A DNA stretch of 63,797 nucleotides, the filler included, from Octopus bimaculoides (taxonomy: Eukaryota): assembly GCF_001194135.2 (NCBI RefSeq). It is 6 parts of 6 records of this genome, joined end to end, with 100 filler letters (N's around TTAATTAATTAA, not from the genome) between each part and the next. Parts side by side here need not be neighbours in the genome. Positions count along the whole stretch, not along the records: positions 36,160 to 57,615 come from NC_068984.1; 5 more parts are not named here. One strand, 5' to 3'. The notes beneath the pieces are model-generated. The model was given only the letters and a program-made list of their open reading frames with translations, searched no databases and was not told where the DNA came from. The position numbers and the translations under genes are program-made. Shown piece by piece: positions 38,944-51,760 of this stretch (position 1 is its first letter; every line of letters starts with the position of its first letter).

Positions 38944-38977
38944 TTGGAGGAAACTCTCTGCGTTATTTCTTTTACTT

Positions 38978-39110
38978 AAGGCAGTGAGCTGGCAGAATCG
39001 TTGCCGTGCGGGGCGAAATGTGTAACGGTATTTTGTCTGCCTTCCTGTTCTGAGTTCATATTCCACCGAGGTCGGTCGACTTTGCCTCATTTCGGAGTCG
39101 ATAAAATAAA
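38978..39110 (+). mobile_element. SINE family B
   Basis: taaggcagtgagctggcagaatcgttg...gttctgagttcatattccaccgaggtc. Confidence 0.82.
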
Positions 39111-39959
39111 TTTCAGGCCTTGTGCATATAGAAGAAAGGATTATTTCTATTACTATTTTCCTATTGTTATTGTGGTATTTGTTTATCTGTTGTTTAGCCC
39201 CAGATTACAGAATGCAATTTTGTTCATGAACGTTCCAGCCTTGATCACCCAACCGGAAAGTACTGATCTAAAACCACATTATCCTTTTCGTACCCCACTT
39301 TTCAATATAGTATAATGCATTTGAGAGTAATTTTGACTTCTGTTTCGAGCAGATCGAGTGATTGCTCGGAAGCAATGGTATATTATTATATTATCTTCAC
39401 CTGTAGGGAGAGCTCAACATCAGTGATTCAAAAATTAGCCAAACCGGTATCGTTTTCTAATCGGAACCAATTCTTTCACTTCCATCATAAAAGCGTTGAA
39501 GTAAGATATGAATGACACCCACTCAGCTAATCTTGTCTATATTATTTTTGTAAATTTGTGCGTAAGAAAATAGGAATTACCGATAATAGCATTTTTTCTG
39601 TCACAAGCATATCCATTGCTAAAAAGCTTTTATGTCGATAGCTATTAATGAACTTATACAACCTTCTACTAGGTTTTGAATTATCCAAAGTAAGTTCTCA
39701 AAATTTAAGGAAACATTCGGTTAATATGTATTGTCTAAAACATCCAAAAATCGATAAATATTCTGTAGTTCAGTCATAATGTTATCTTTATATTGTTGAG
39801 GATAATATTGTATTTTAAAAAAAGCGATGCCATGTTTAAACAAAGTCCCATTGTTCAAGAGACTGAGCACACTACATGAATCAACAACACTAGACCCAGT
39901 TTCCGTTAAATTAGATATGAAATAGCACCGTGAATCCTTTACAAATATCTCAATAACAT

Positions 39960-41270
39960 AAGGACCCAATCTACTGGTGATAATGTACGTAGAACGATTG
40001 GATCATGTAAATATATCGAACAACTTTTAATAAAATATGTTGTGCTGTCACAAGTAAGAAAACACCACAGAAAGCTTAAGGCAGTCTGACATTGATAACA
40101 GAAAGGCATTCCAATTCCATGTCCAGCTCGTTTCTACTGAATTCACTATGAGTGAAAAAAAATATCTAATTGTTGTCATCGAAAGGTTCACGAAGACCTA
40201 GTTTACATTCTTCACACTTGAATTTGAAAGTGGAACGATTGTTTTGGTGCCGTAATAAATATTTCAACGAGATTATTCCGAAGCGACTATCTGCCTGTGC
40301 TTCTGATTATTTTGGACTTAAAACGCTGTCATCTGACGATGAACTGGAGTTTATAACAACAAGGGATGTTAATATTATCCATAAATTGTATGTGGACAAT
40401 CTAAAGATGTATGCCCATATACATGCAATGCTGAAACAGCTGAATTTAATCATATTTTCTGCTGATATAGAGATGAAGTTTAACGAAAACAAACTGAATT
40501 AGAAAAAACGCTTCTCCTGGCCTGAAATTTTTACGGCAATTTTTTTTTTTTTTTGTATCTGTCCTGTTCCACAAAATTAGTACTACAAATATCTAGGTAT
40601 TAATGACAATATACCATACAAAGGTACTATCAGCAAAGACAGAGAAACCAAAAAAATATTCTACACCCGACTTTAAAAGATATTGCATTCAGAGCTTTCT
40701 TCTTAGAAGACAATATCCCACCATACATTTGTAGAGCCTGTACTGATAACAAACTGTGGGATACTCAACTAGCTTATAGAGAAAATTCGCTCTATAGCCA
40801 TTATACCCCTCTGCAGACTTTCGCAGAAAGAACGATATTGATAGATAGACTATATCTTAGATGAAAGGGGAGAGGAAGAGCCTTAAGATCTATACAGACA
40901 GTCTTCGAGTGTCATATATCATTCAGACAGTTCCCGCTAAACAATAGCAGTAAAATAAATACATTAACGAAGTGGTAAAAAATGAAGTGATAACATCTCG
41001 TGAGTCTCTAATGTACTCCTCAAAACATTCACTTCCCGATGACCATCTACGTGAAATCATAAGAACAGTTTATCTAAATAGACATCTGGAAAAGAATGCC
41101 TCTGCATACCAGATGCATGAGTATATATCCCGTAAGCTTGAAGATGATAATTACATTAACATGAAGTGTTCCCTCTTATGGAATCTTAACCGTAACATCA
41201 TGTCATATCCCAAGCGCTATACTTTTGCAAATGATAACTACGAAATACCTAATGGGCAAAAAGAATAGCG
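39960..41270 (+). pseudogene. Old, heavily decayed R4/Dong-type non-LTR RT relic
   Basis: EQLLIKYVVL, IDNRKAF, IHKLYVDNLKMYA, FSADIEMKF, YYKYLGI, IDRLYL, HEYISRKLEDDNYIN; collinear with 52690-54695. Confidence 0.8.
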
Positions 41271-41894
41271 AATCCGTTAAACTCCTTAGATTAAAATATA
41301 AAAATCGATTACGTCACTCTTCTGTGGATCCCATAACGCATGTAAGCAGTAGTTGCCCGAAAATATCATCGAAGTACTACTTCCTTCTTTCAATATGTTT
41401 TGAAAACAATAAATAGGCAAACCTGGGGTTAAGTTGTTTCAATTAAATCGCTCTCGATTATACGTCGGTTTTCAAAAATTGTATATCAAAAAAAGAAAAA
41501 TCAAGTGAAATCATTTTTCACGACTTTACGTCTGTCCGCTACAAATATTGGAATTGTAAAATCTCTAGAAAACCGTCATAAACACATAAAATCATGTTAC
41601 TGTAAATAAATAGGAATAAAAGCAGATAGAATCATATTAAAATGCGTACAGAGTAAATGTTAAGATACACACCATAATGTAGTGTAGCTTAGTGAACGAA
41701 ATCATGAAATCAGCCGTGTTCTCTTATTTATCAAGTCTTTTAGAGCTCTTATTGTACTGTGTAGTTCCAAAATCTATCGTTACGCGTCGTTGACACTCAT
41801 GATTCCCGCGATTGTTTTGGATTCAGATTTGTTTACGTCTGTTTATCGGCTACTTTCTCATTCTCATTCATTTGTGACTTTACTCTTTGCCCCC

Positions 41895-42372
41895 ATGGCT
41901 CCTAAGAAAATTCATAGTGAAAGTGTTAAGCGTTATGCTATAACGCTAGAATATAAACTGGCTATGATAAAACGCTATGAAAAAGGTGAAAAATTAGTAG
42001 CAATTGCACGACATTTTGGGCTGAGTCGGACAACAGTGTCGACGACTGTACATGATAAGGACAAGATTTTAGCAAATATCAAATCTGAAGCCCCAGGGAT
42101 GAAGAACATTGTCACCAATAAGAAAAGAGGCAAAACTTTTGAAGAAATAGAAAGTTTTCTTTCTCTTTGGATTATTAGGTTGAATCGTCATCGTGCAACT
42201 ATTAGTCAAGAAATCATTCAAGAGAAAGCGTTGTCTTTGTTTGAGGACCTGCAGAAAAAAATATCCAGATGAGAAAGATGTAGAGTTCAAGGCAAGTCAA
42301 AAATGGTTCGTCAGATTTAAGGAGTAAAGAAGTTATCACTCCGTTAAGAAACAAGGTGAAAGTGTATCAGCA
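41895..42372 (+). pseudogene. Tigger/pogo transposase N-terminus (CENP-B-type HTH domains), frameshifted and truncated
   Basis: MAPKK...ITLEYKLAMIKRYEKGEKLVAIARHFGLSRTTVST; LSLWI......ISQEIIQEKALSLFEDL; then EFKASQKWFVRFK and KQGESVSA out of frame. Confidence 0.9.
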
Positions 42373-43070
42373 AATATTGGAAAAAATAGAAATTTATTTC
42401 AACACTTTAAAATTATTCTACGGTATTTATTCTATCAGTTTCTTTTGCCGAACCGCTAGTTGCAGTGATATAACAAAGTGGTTTTCAAGTGTTAAAGAAA
42501 CAAATACAAACGTAAAGGCTCACACAAACATACCTACATACACACACAGTGCCGCGCAGTGGGACTGAACGACCCGAAGCGAAATTCTTTGTCACACATC
42601 CATTCCTAGTAAACATACATACAAGAATATTTTCTCGCAACATAATTTTGCCGTTGTAAGATAAAACATGCTATGTTGCATAGATGAAATAATTATAATT
42701 TTGATCCGTTCAAATATTATGTTGCTTATACAAAATAATTAAATGAATAATAATTTTTTAAATAAATATATTTATTAAATTCAAGTTTTATTAAATGATA
42801 TGCATTTCTCAGTTGTATATCAGTAACGTATATATGTTATCAACAACAATAATACTGTTTAACTATCAATTAATTACAGGTGTAATCTGGTAGGATCTAA
42901 CCGTCACCGCCAAAAGAATGTTATCGACATTAACTATTGTACTCTGGTATGTATACACTAATCAAGAGAGATAAATTACGTTGACATTAGAGCTATCTGA
43001 CTTTGGAAAATAGAGTGAGACAGAGAAACATACTACCAATTATATTAATAGCTATTCAGATACAACTTAT

Positions 43071-43458
43071 ATGGGAGTAAGCTTGGCCATTCCACTACGA
43101 ATGTGCACCAAAGAACAAAGAGCATTGATCCGATTTCTGTGGACGGAAGGTGTGTTAGGTGCTTAAAATTATCCACGATCTCGAATTCCATAACGTTTTG
43201 AGGTCTGCCAACGTTTATTCGATCGCTACAACAGTGAGGGTGAAGAAGTTTTGAGCAGAATAGTCACAGGAGAGGAAACGTGGGGCCATCATTATGAGGC
43301 AGAATCCAAAAGAAAGAGTATGGAGTGGAAACATCCTGCTTCTCACCAGAGACGAAGTAATTCAAGACACAGTTTTCCGCAGAAAAGGTGGTGCTAGCCC
43401 TTTTTCGGGACTCAGAGTGGTCTATACTAGAAGACTATCTGGACAAGGAGTGTACGAT
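43071..43458 (+). pseudogene. Internally deleted mariner transposase fragment
   Basis: CTKEQRALIRFLWTEGV joined to VLSRIVTGEETWGHHYEAESKRKSMEWKHP and KVVLALF. Confidence 0.85.
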
Positions 43459-43600
43459 TTTATCAATTTATAGTTTTTAAAATTAGTAATTTGTGGAGTA
43501 CGCTTTTCTTGATGGTGATTGGTCTCCTTCATTGTTTGAATTGTATATTGGTGGTTCTTCTCTAAATTATATATATATATATATATACGCATGCATATGC

Positions 43601-43636
<36 letters not shown>

Positions 43637-44616
43637 NNNNNNNNNNNNNNNNNNNNNNNNNNNNNNNNNNNNNNNNNNNNNNNNNNNNNNNNNNNNNNNN
43701 NNNNNNNNNNNNNNNNNNNNNNNNNNNNNNNNNNNNNNNNNNNNNNNNNNNNNNNNNNNNNNNNNNNNNNNNNNNNNNNNNNNNNNNNNNNNNNNNNNNN
43801 NNNNNNNNNNNNNNNNNNNNNNNNNNNNNNNNNNNNNNNNNNNNNNNNNNNNNNNNNNNNNNNNNNNNNNNNNNNNNNNNNNNNNNNNNNNNNNNNNNNN
43901 NNNNNNNNNNNNNNNNNNNNNNNNNNNNNNNNNNNNNTATATATGCAATATATATTATATACAAATGTATCTATATGTATGTATATGCATTTGCTACCTA
44001 ATTTGATTTAATCACATATCTATAACTTTCTTAATGACAGTTAATACGTGATAGCATGTGACTATAGATATGTGTGCATACATATATGTATGGTATATGT
44101 GAGTTTGTGTTTGCTGTAGTCTACATGTATGTAATCTGTAGTTAAGGTGGTAGTTACTTCATTCGTATCTTTCTTTACAATTGCTTTGCCAACTGCATCG
44201 AATTTAATTTGTGCTTGTTTTCTCTCGATTTAATTTAATGTAATTTATTAAAACACCGTTGATAAAATTAAACATACACTGGAAGGCACAAGCATACACG
44301 CATAAACAGGTAAGGACTCACACGTTCATACATGCACAAATACCCATACACAAGTATATGTACATAAACAGATAATCACTACTGTATTGGTAACCCACAG
44401 AACAACTGTATTCACAAGGCAATTGGGCACGTCACACATTTTTACCACAACGAACAAGACAAGATGGTACATCTTTTGCGCAACATACGAATATCACAAT
44501 AGGCACATATCGACTTGCAGAGACAGTAAGATTTACGTCTTATTACCCTTCGGAGGTTATTGTGTTCAAATTCCCAGTAACTAGACCGAAACAGAGCTGC
44601 AGAAATAATTACCGGC

Positions 44617-44658
<42 letters not shown>

Positions 44659-44851
44659 NNNNNNNNNNNNNNNNNNNNNNNNNNNNNNNNNNNNNNNNNN
44701 NNNNNNNNNNNNNNNNNNNNNNNNNNNNNNNNNNTATATAAATAAGGATAAGATCGATATTTAAAATATTGATCTTATCAAGTGGTCAGCATGGGAATAA
44801 AAACCATCAAAGGTAATAATTATTTAAAATTATAATACAGGGTATCATGAG

Positions 44852-44932
44852 ATACCACCACGGTGAAAAAATAGCAGTCAAATCCTGACTCTAGAGTCAG
44901 GATTTGACTGCTATTTTTTCAGTGTGGTGGTA
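44852..44932. repeat. 81-bp near-perfect palindrome related to the MITE at 13173
   Basis: ataccaccac..tgaaaaaatagcagtcaaatcctgactc-ta-gagtcaggatttgactgctattttttca..gtggtggtat. Confidence 0.92.
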
Positions 44933-44960
44933 TTATAATATATATATATATATATATACA

Positions 44961-45552
44961 CGAGGTCTGATCAATAAGTAACGACGCTAGAGCACGCAGA
45001 ATGAAGCCGCTTGGAGAAAATTAACCTTAAACGCTGCATTAAATTTTAACGTTCTATCTCACTTCGCTATTTACAGCAGTGCTTCAAAGGAAAGTGTGTA
45101 GCGCGTGATCGTCGTATTGACCATGACAGAGAAAGTTGTCATAGCGACACCTGCTTAGAGGCTTATATAAAGTTGCAGAAAGTGTATAGAGAAGAGTGTA
45201 TGATCCGCATACAGGTGTACGAATGGTTCAGATGTTTCCAAGATGACCGAAAAAAATGTCGATATTGTCAAAAGTTCTGAGAGACACACAACCAGCAGAA
45301 CTGAGAAAAACATCGTAGATGTGCGTGCAGCTGTGAGTGGAAATCGTCGAATCACCATCCGTGAGTTATCAGAGGATGTGCAGATTAGTTACGGTTCAGT
45401 TCAGTCCCTTATCACTGAAGATTTGAGTATGAGTACGTGTCTGCCAAGTTTGTGCCAAAATTGCTTTCAGCTGATCAAGAAGACATTTGAGTTTCAGTTG
45501 CACAAGATCTCCTTGATGGTGTCAAAAATGATGAAAATATTTTGAAAACTTT
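44961..45552 (+). mobile_element. Mariner 5' half (left TIR plus HTH region)
   Basis: cgaggtctgatcaataagt terminus; QVYEWFRCF, NIVDVRAAVSGNRRITIRELSEDVQISYGSVQS, VSAKFVPKLLS. Confidence 0.9.
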
Positions 45553-45679
45553 CCGTAGGCCTCTGAGCATGTATCGCCAAGCTTTTGGCAAACTTTGATG
45601 CAGATTTTCTGCTCAGCTTTCTCTGTCAAGTTCAATGCGACTATTGCGGCTTTTGACAGCAAATAAAACGTCTTACGGA

Positions 45680-46067
45680 GTTCTTCCACAAAAGTGGAAG
45701 ATTAGCCTCTCCAACTTGCTCAACCACGAATCTGGACAAGGAACGATGGTTAGGTGGTAAACGATGACCGATGCGATAAGCACATTAGCCACTTCCGTCC
45801 TCCCTTTCAAGGATAGCCACCACCAACACCAGGCCTTGACTATGTGGGTCACCTTGCCCGATAACTCGGACCAGTTCTTTTCTATATGGAGATCTGGACC
45901 AAACCAGATTCCTAGCAACTTAACCGGGACCTCGGTCCAGCACCCCTCGATGCTATTCGAAGGCATCGACTTACCTCTCCAGGCGCCGTGTTGCAAGCCG
46001 ACTGATTTTTCCCGGTTAATTTTTGCTCCTGCCACCGTCTCGTAAACCTTGATGGTTTCACCCACTT
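45680..46067 (-). pseudogene. L1/Tx1-clade RT thumb fragment
   Basis: YETVAGAKINREKSVGL..GAW; VKLLGIWFGPD...EKNW; LSLKGRTEVAN; L..LER.IFHF. Confidence 0.9.
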
Positions 46068-46618
46068 TCTGAAATTCTCGATCCTTAAATCTGAAATTCT
46101 CGATCCTTTTATAATCCACAACCAGCGGCCTTCCATTAATATACACCGGCCCGTCCATCCCTGTGATAAATTCCCTGCAATATTTTCACAGGTTGTCACT
46201 CATTTCCTCGTTCACCAATACACACCTTTCTTCTTCTCCGAACTTCTCCTTAGATAGTTTCACTCTAATCAATTTTTTCTATTCTAATCAAATTATTCTA
46301 TTTTCTACTTCTATGGATTTCTTGTAAAAGATCAAAGTTCCCTTATGCCCGCTTCACTTCACATCTTCTGGTCTCTTCTCTGGTCTGTCTGCGCCTAGAG
46401 TAGAAAAGATGAATGTAACAACGGGGAAAAAAATAAATGTTGATTTATTGATGCGTTTCGGCAAGTCTATGTCTGTATTATCAAACAAATGCAAAAAATT
46501 GTTTCAAACAAATTCAAATCTGCAAAAATACGGTACAAATCCTTCATGGTTCAAAACATTGCTTACTTTTTACTCAACCTAGCCCGTCGTATATATATAT
46601 AGAGAGAGAGAGATATAG

Positions 46619-46748
46619 ATGTTTCGATCTAGTTTGGATTCTTTGTCATCAAATTTGAATTCTTTGCCATCAAATTTGATTGCAAAGAATTGAAATTTGA
46701 TTGCAAAGAATTCAAATTTGATGGCAAAGAATCCAAACTAGATCGGAA

Positions 46749-46752
<4 letters not shown>
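46619..46752. repeat. About 134 bp foldback built from 21-bp subrepeats
   Basis: atgtttcgatctagtttggattctttg...caaagaatccaaactagatcggaaacat; unit attctttg(c/t)catcaaatttga forward on the left and inverted on the right. Confidence 0.9.
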
Positions 46753-46789
<37 letters not shown>

Positions 46790-47049
46790 NNNNNNNNNNN
46801 NNNNNNNNNNNNNNNNNNNNNNNNNNNNNNNNNNNNNNNNNNNNNNNNNNNNNNNNNNNNNNNNNNNNNNNNNNNNNNNNNNNNNNNNNNNNNNNNNNNN
46901 NNNNNNNNNNNNNNNNNNNNNNNNNNNNNNNNNNNNNNNNNNNNNNNNNNNNNNNNNNNNNNNNNNNNNNNNNNNNNNNNNNNNNNNNNNNNNNNNNNNN
47001 NNNNNNNNNNNNNNNNNNNNNNNNNNNNNNNNNNNNNNNNNNNNNNNNN

Positions 47050-47097
<48 letters not shown>

Positions 47098-47264
47098 TGT
47101 GTTAATGCAATACTAACAATTGTCGGCTTTATAAGGTGTGTTCTATAATAAAGACATAATTTTCTCTGTACGTATTCCTTGTTATACTTATATACATGCA
47201 TGTCTGTCTGTCAACATGTATGTATGTATGCATGCATGCATGTATGTATACTCACACCCACACA

Positions 47265-47430
47265 CACATGATGGGCTTTTTTCAATTTCCACCTACCAAA
47301 TCCATTCATAAGGCTTTAGTCGGTTGGTCGATCCCGCGGGTACGGTAGAAGATTGTTACCCAGGTAACACGCAGTGGGACTGAAACCGCGAAATATGTGG
47401 TTGTCAAGCAAAATTCTTACCACTGGCATG
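47265..47430 (-). mobile_element. SINE family A, 5' portion
   Basis: atgatgggctttt...ctaccaaatcc...acgcagtgggactgaaacc. Confidence 0.75.
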
Positions 47431-48984
47431 CCTACACCTCTACAGATTCTAAAGCTTTTAAAAAACCATTGAAAACCGTATCTCGGTTTAATCAGCCATA
47501 TACTCACCCATCGTGAATCAACAGCTATATCTAGATTGATAGATATTTCTTAGGTTTGGTTTAGTAATTTTCTCCTCTCAAACATTACCACCACCGAAAC
47601 ACTATCAGTACCTGTTGTATAAGTAGGAATGATAGTGTTTTTATTCATTAAACTTCCCTGCTGTTCACTTACGTACAATTTGCGATTTTCAGAATATTTT
47701 GCAATCTTTCCATTTCAAGACCACCGACGAAGTTTGTAATTGGGTTTCTTTGCTGTTGTTGCTGTTGTTTTTTTGTTGTTTTTTTTTTGTCAAGATGAAC
47801 ATATTCATCATGCACGTACGTATTTCATGTGCATGTGAGAGCACATGCGCGTGTATGTGTGTACGTGTATGCGAGTGGGCGAGTGAGATAGCATTGTGTG
47901 TATGTTTGTATGTGTGGGTGAGTGTGCGAGAGTTATTTTGTTGGTTGTTCACATTCTGAAAGCCACAGCATTCTCATATCAATGCTCACTAATGCTGTTT
48001 GTCATCAAATACTTCCCTGAGATTTGTTACATAGATTCTTTGAGGGAAGACCTTTTTCAGCAGTGTATCATGTATGCATATATATATATATATATATATA
48101 TGCATACATATACATATAGAGATATATATAAAGGCATATATATGTATAACTTAAGCATGTATATACATATGAATGTGTGTGTATATGCATAAATATACAT
48201 ACATACACACGCACAAACATACATATATATATACACACACATACGCGTGCTCCCCGAGTGGTTGCGAGCACATATTGAGAACATTAGTTTCTAACCACGT
48301 TTTGTTCATAATGAATGCATGCGAGTGTATGTGTTCTTACGTCTATGTGCATGCATGTGTATGCGTGCGTGTGTGTGTGTNNNNNNNNNNNNNNNNNNNN
48401 NNNNNNNNNNNNNNNNNNNNNNNNNNNNNNNNNNNNNNNTCCGTGTACGTATGTGTATGCGTGTGTCTAATTAAAAAGGAAAAGACTATCCAATTTGCCT
48501 TTAATGGAATTTCAAGTTTATATTAGCACAATACTTATGCCTTAATCACATTTAGGCGAAAATACGATAGAACTATTGCTGAAATGATATTTAATGTGCT
48601 AAGAAAATCGATTCTTACTTTATCCTAGAAGACATCAGCCAAGAATAACACAATATTATGTCAAGCAACATTAAGCTCAGTGCCATATCTCTTTGCATTG
48701 TAGTCTGAAAATAAAAATGTAATAAATTAATGGCGGCATCCTGTTTTCAATCGATATAGCCGTTAAGTAACATTGGCAGCTAGTGTGAGGCTGCATCATT
48801 TGGAGGTTGAACTTTTGCAAAAAGATCAATTATTAAATACCTGTCACTATATCCAAAGGATTTTTTTAACCGACACACACACACACACGCGCGCGCGCGC
48901 CAACTCGCAAACCCGCGCGCACACATAAACACACACATATACATATATATACATATATATATTGATATATGTACCTTTGTTCCT

Positions 48985-49099
48985 TGTTTTACTGATTTGA
49001 CCTTAGTACTTATTTTTGTTTAAGCCTGGTATTTATTTTATCAGGATCTAGTGCAGAACACTGATTGTCAAGCGGTCAAGGGAGAAAAGCAGACACAAG

Positions 49100-49165
<66 letters not shown>

Positions 49166-49325
49166 NNNNNNNNNNNNNNNNNNNNNNNNNNNNNNNNNNN
49201 NNNNNNNNNNNNNNNNNNNNNNNNNNNNNNTCACTTGGTCAACCCGAGACCACTTACCCAAGGACGACACTAGCCCAAAGTACCACGCGGGAATTGAACC
49301 CGAAGCAAGCTTCTTACCACACAAT
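48985..49325 (-). mobile_element. Old SINE family A spanning a gap
   Basis: ttagtacttattttt..taagcctgg...ttgtcaagcgg...agcaagcttcttaccacaca. Confidence 0.65.
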
Positions 49326-49424
49326 TAATATTATATATAAGTGTGTGTGTGTGTATGTGTGTGTGTGTGTGTGAGTGTGTGTGTGTGTATGTGTGTGTGT
49401 GTGTATGTGTGTGTTTACATGATC

Positions 49425-51160
49425 ATACATAATGATGCCTGTCCGCTCGTGACCGAGGAAAACCATTACTGACTTTTAGGAACATTGTGCGCTCAAGACT
49501 ACCTTATATTTTACACTTGCGGCTCCGTTGGTGACTAACGAGCCCTGCTCTTGACAAACATACACGACCGTAAACATTGCGGACCAAGTGTTCTCCATTC
49601 ATTTTACGAGCAGTGCATTTTCGAGCAGCATACTTAAAATTATTCATGAAGAAATCGTTCATTTTCAAGCGTATCGACTCCAACTTTTACCTTTTTTCTC
49701 CATCCGTGAGGATGATAAGTATTGCTCTCCCAGTCAGCTTCCTGTATTTCACAGGCCTTTAATGAGGACTTTACACAGTTCTTAAATCGCAGTATTGGCG
49801 TCTACTCGGGTTGCTTTCCACTAAGAGGTTCCCCATATAGTATCTGTTTAGGGATTTTGCTATCATTGTAACAAGGTGTCCAGTCCAACGTTACCGGTGT
49901 TTGTGCATCATCGCCTCAATACTCAGGATATCGGCTTTCATCAGGACCTGTGTATCTGGAGTTTTTAAGGTGCAGCCAACATTCAGAATGTGTTTCTGAT
50001 GGAAGCGTTCAAGGACCCTTACATGAAGTTTGTAAAGGGTCCATGTCTGACATGAGTAAAGCAGCGATGTCAGTACACATGCACGGTACACAGCAATTTT
50101 TGTTCGCCTTCTGACATTCAGACGCCGAGGAATGCCAACTGGCCCTCTTCTTTCTTTCATTCTAATTATCATCCGGAATTTTGCTCACACCAGGCTGTGG
50201 TCCGTCCAGCACTCTGAACCATGATAGGACTTGACATTACAAATGTTATAGATGTTTTGCTTGCGAATTAGTACATAATCCAGCTAGTGCCACACTTTAG
50301 ACTTTGGGTGCATCTATCTCGCTGTGTGATCACTTCTGTGCATAAATGAGTGCCTACGATGCAAAGTTCGTATTCCTCGTAAAGCTCCAGAAGCATGAGA
50401 CCTTTGCTATTCATCTTCCCTACATCAATATGTCCAAGAGAGTTCTACGTTTACCAATCTGATCCAACCCTGGCATTGAAATCTCCCAGTAAAATACTTT
50501 TATAAGAATTAGGGGTTTTCCTAAGTATGGCTCTCACCTGGGTATAGAAAATACTTTTATCTTCATCACAACTAATCAAAGTAGGTACATGGGCACTAAT
50601 TAAATTAGCAAACCGCCCACCTTTCAGGTGCAAACGTAGAGTCAATAGACGGTCATTTATTGGAAAAGGAAGCTCTTCCCACTTCTTAAGGATTTCGGAT
50701 CGAACTGCACAGCCAACATCAACCTCTCTGCGCTCCTCTTTCGGTTTCCTTTTCCAAAAAATATTGTATCCACCTCCTACTTCCTCAAGCTGACCATCAC
50801 ATTCTACACATGTCTCTGAAAGTGCAGCTATATTAGTGTTATAACAGTTCTGCTCGCGAGCAACAAGTGCAGTGCATCTTTCAGACCTGTTGTTACTCTT
50901 GTTATTGAACAGAATGCGCACATTCCAACATAAAACATTCAAGTTCTAACCAGATTTTAAAAGTATTCTCTTTGCTTTTCGAGCGCAAAATGGACATCCG
51001 TCAGTCGCGCTAAACTGACTCGATAAAGTCAGGCAATTTTTGGTTCACCTTTTCTAGAACCTCCCCGGCCTTCCGGGTAAGTAGTGCGCTCCCTAAATGG
51101 AGCTGCTCAGACACCCATGCAGCAACCGAATCCCATCGCTGTCTTTGGCGATAAGGAGAC
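49425..51160 (-). mobile_element. RTE-clade LINE retaining 5' UTR, APE endonuclease and C-terminus/3' UTR but lacking the RT domain
   Basis: CWNVRIL, NIAALSET, VGCAVRSEI, LISAHVPTL, ILLGDFNARVG, LDYVL, CWTDHSLV; joined at about 50110 to TKIAVYRACVLTSLLYSCQTW, LERFHQ, IPKQILYGE, RVCLSRAGLVSHQR. Confidence 0.9.
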
Positions 51161-51399
51161 AACTTTATATCTAACATTTATACACACATGCACACTTATA
51201 TATACATACATACATACATAAGCGTATATACTCACAAATATACGGTTATATATATGTAGATATGTACATACACACACATGTATACATGTGTATATAAATG
51301 CACACATATATAGATATGTACTAGTGTGCTTGGAAGTACTCACTCTTTAAACGAACATTGTAAGAAATAATTCTTTAGATAGAGTAAATCAGTTTTCAT

Positions 51400-51760
51400 A
51401 ATTTATGCACAATGTCAGCAATTTTGACAGGTAAGGCTGAGTCAATGATTTCGTCCCCAGTACTTGACTGGTACTGTATTTCATTCGCCACAGAGGGATG
51501 AACGCCAACTTGACCTTGTCTGAATTTGAACTTGGGATTTCATGCGGTGGAAAATTTACAAACTGTTTATTCCGATTCTCTAACGATTGCCATCTTGCAA
51601 TCTTTGATACTGTAAAGAATTGTTTCTAGCATAAGCACAAGTCTGCAATTTAATACTATTGACTCCAGAACTTTATTGGTATTTTACATTATTTATCCGG
51701 AAGTTGGCCTCGATGGGAAAAGAACCGGAAGTATTATCGCTCTGACAATTCTGCCAGCCC
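51400..51760 (-). mobile_element. Two degenerate SINE family B fragments
   Basis: ccccagtacttgactggtac...aatttgaac; gactccagaactttattgg...acaattctgccagc. Confidence 0.55.

Noticed and set aside
41790-42272. Domesticated TIGD/CENP-B host gene
   Set aside because: Frameshift, in-frame stop and loss of the DDE domain indicate a transposon relic.
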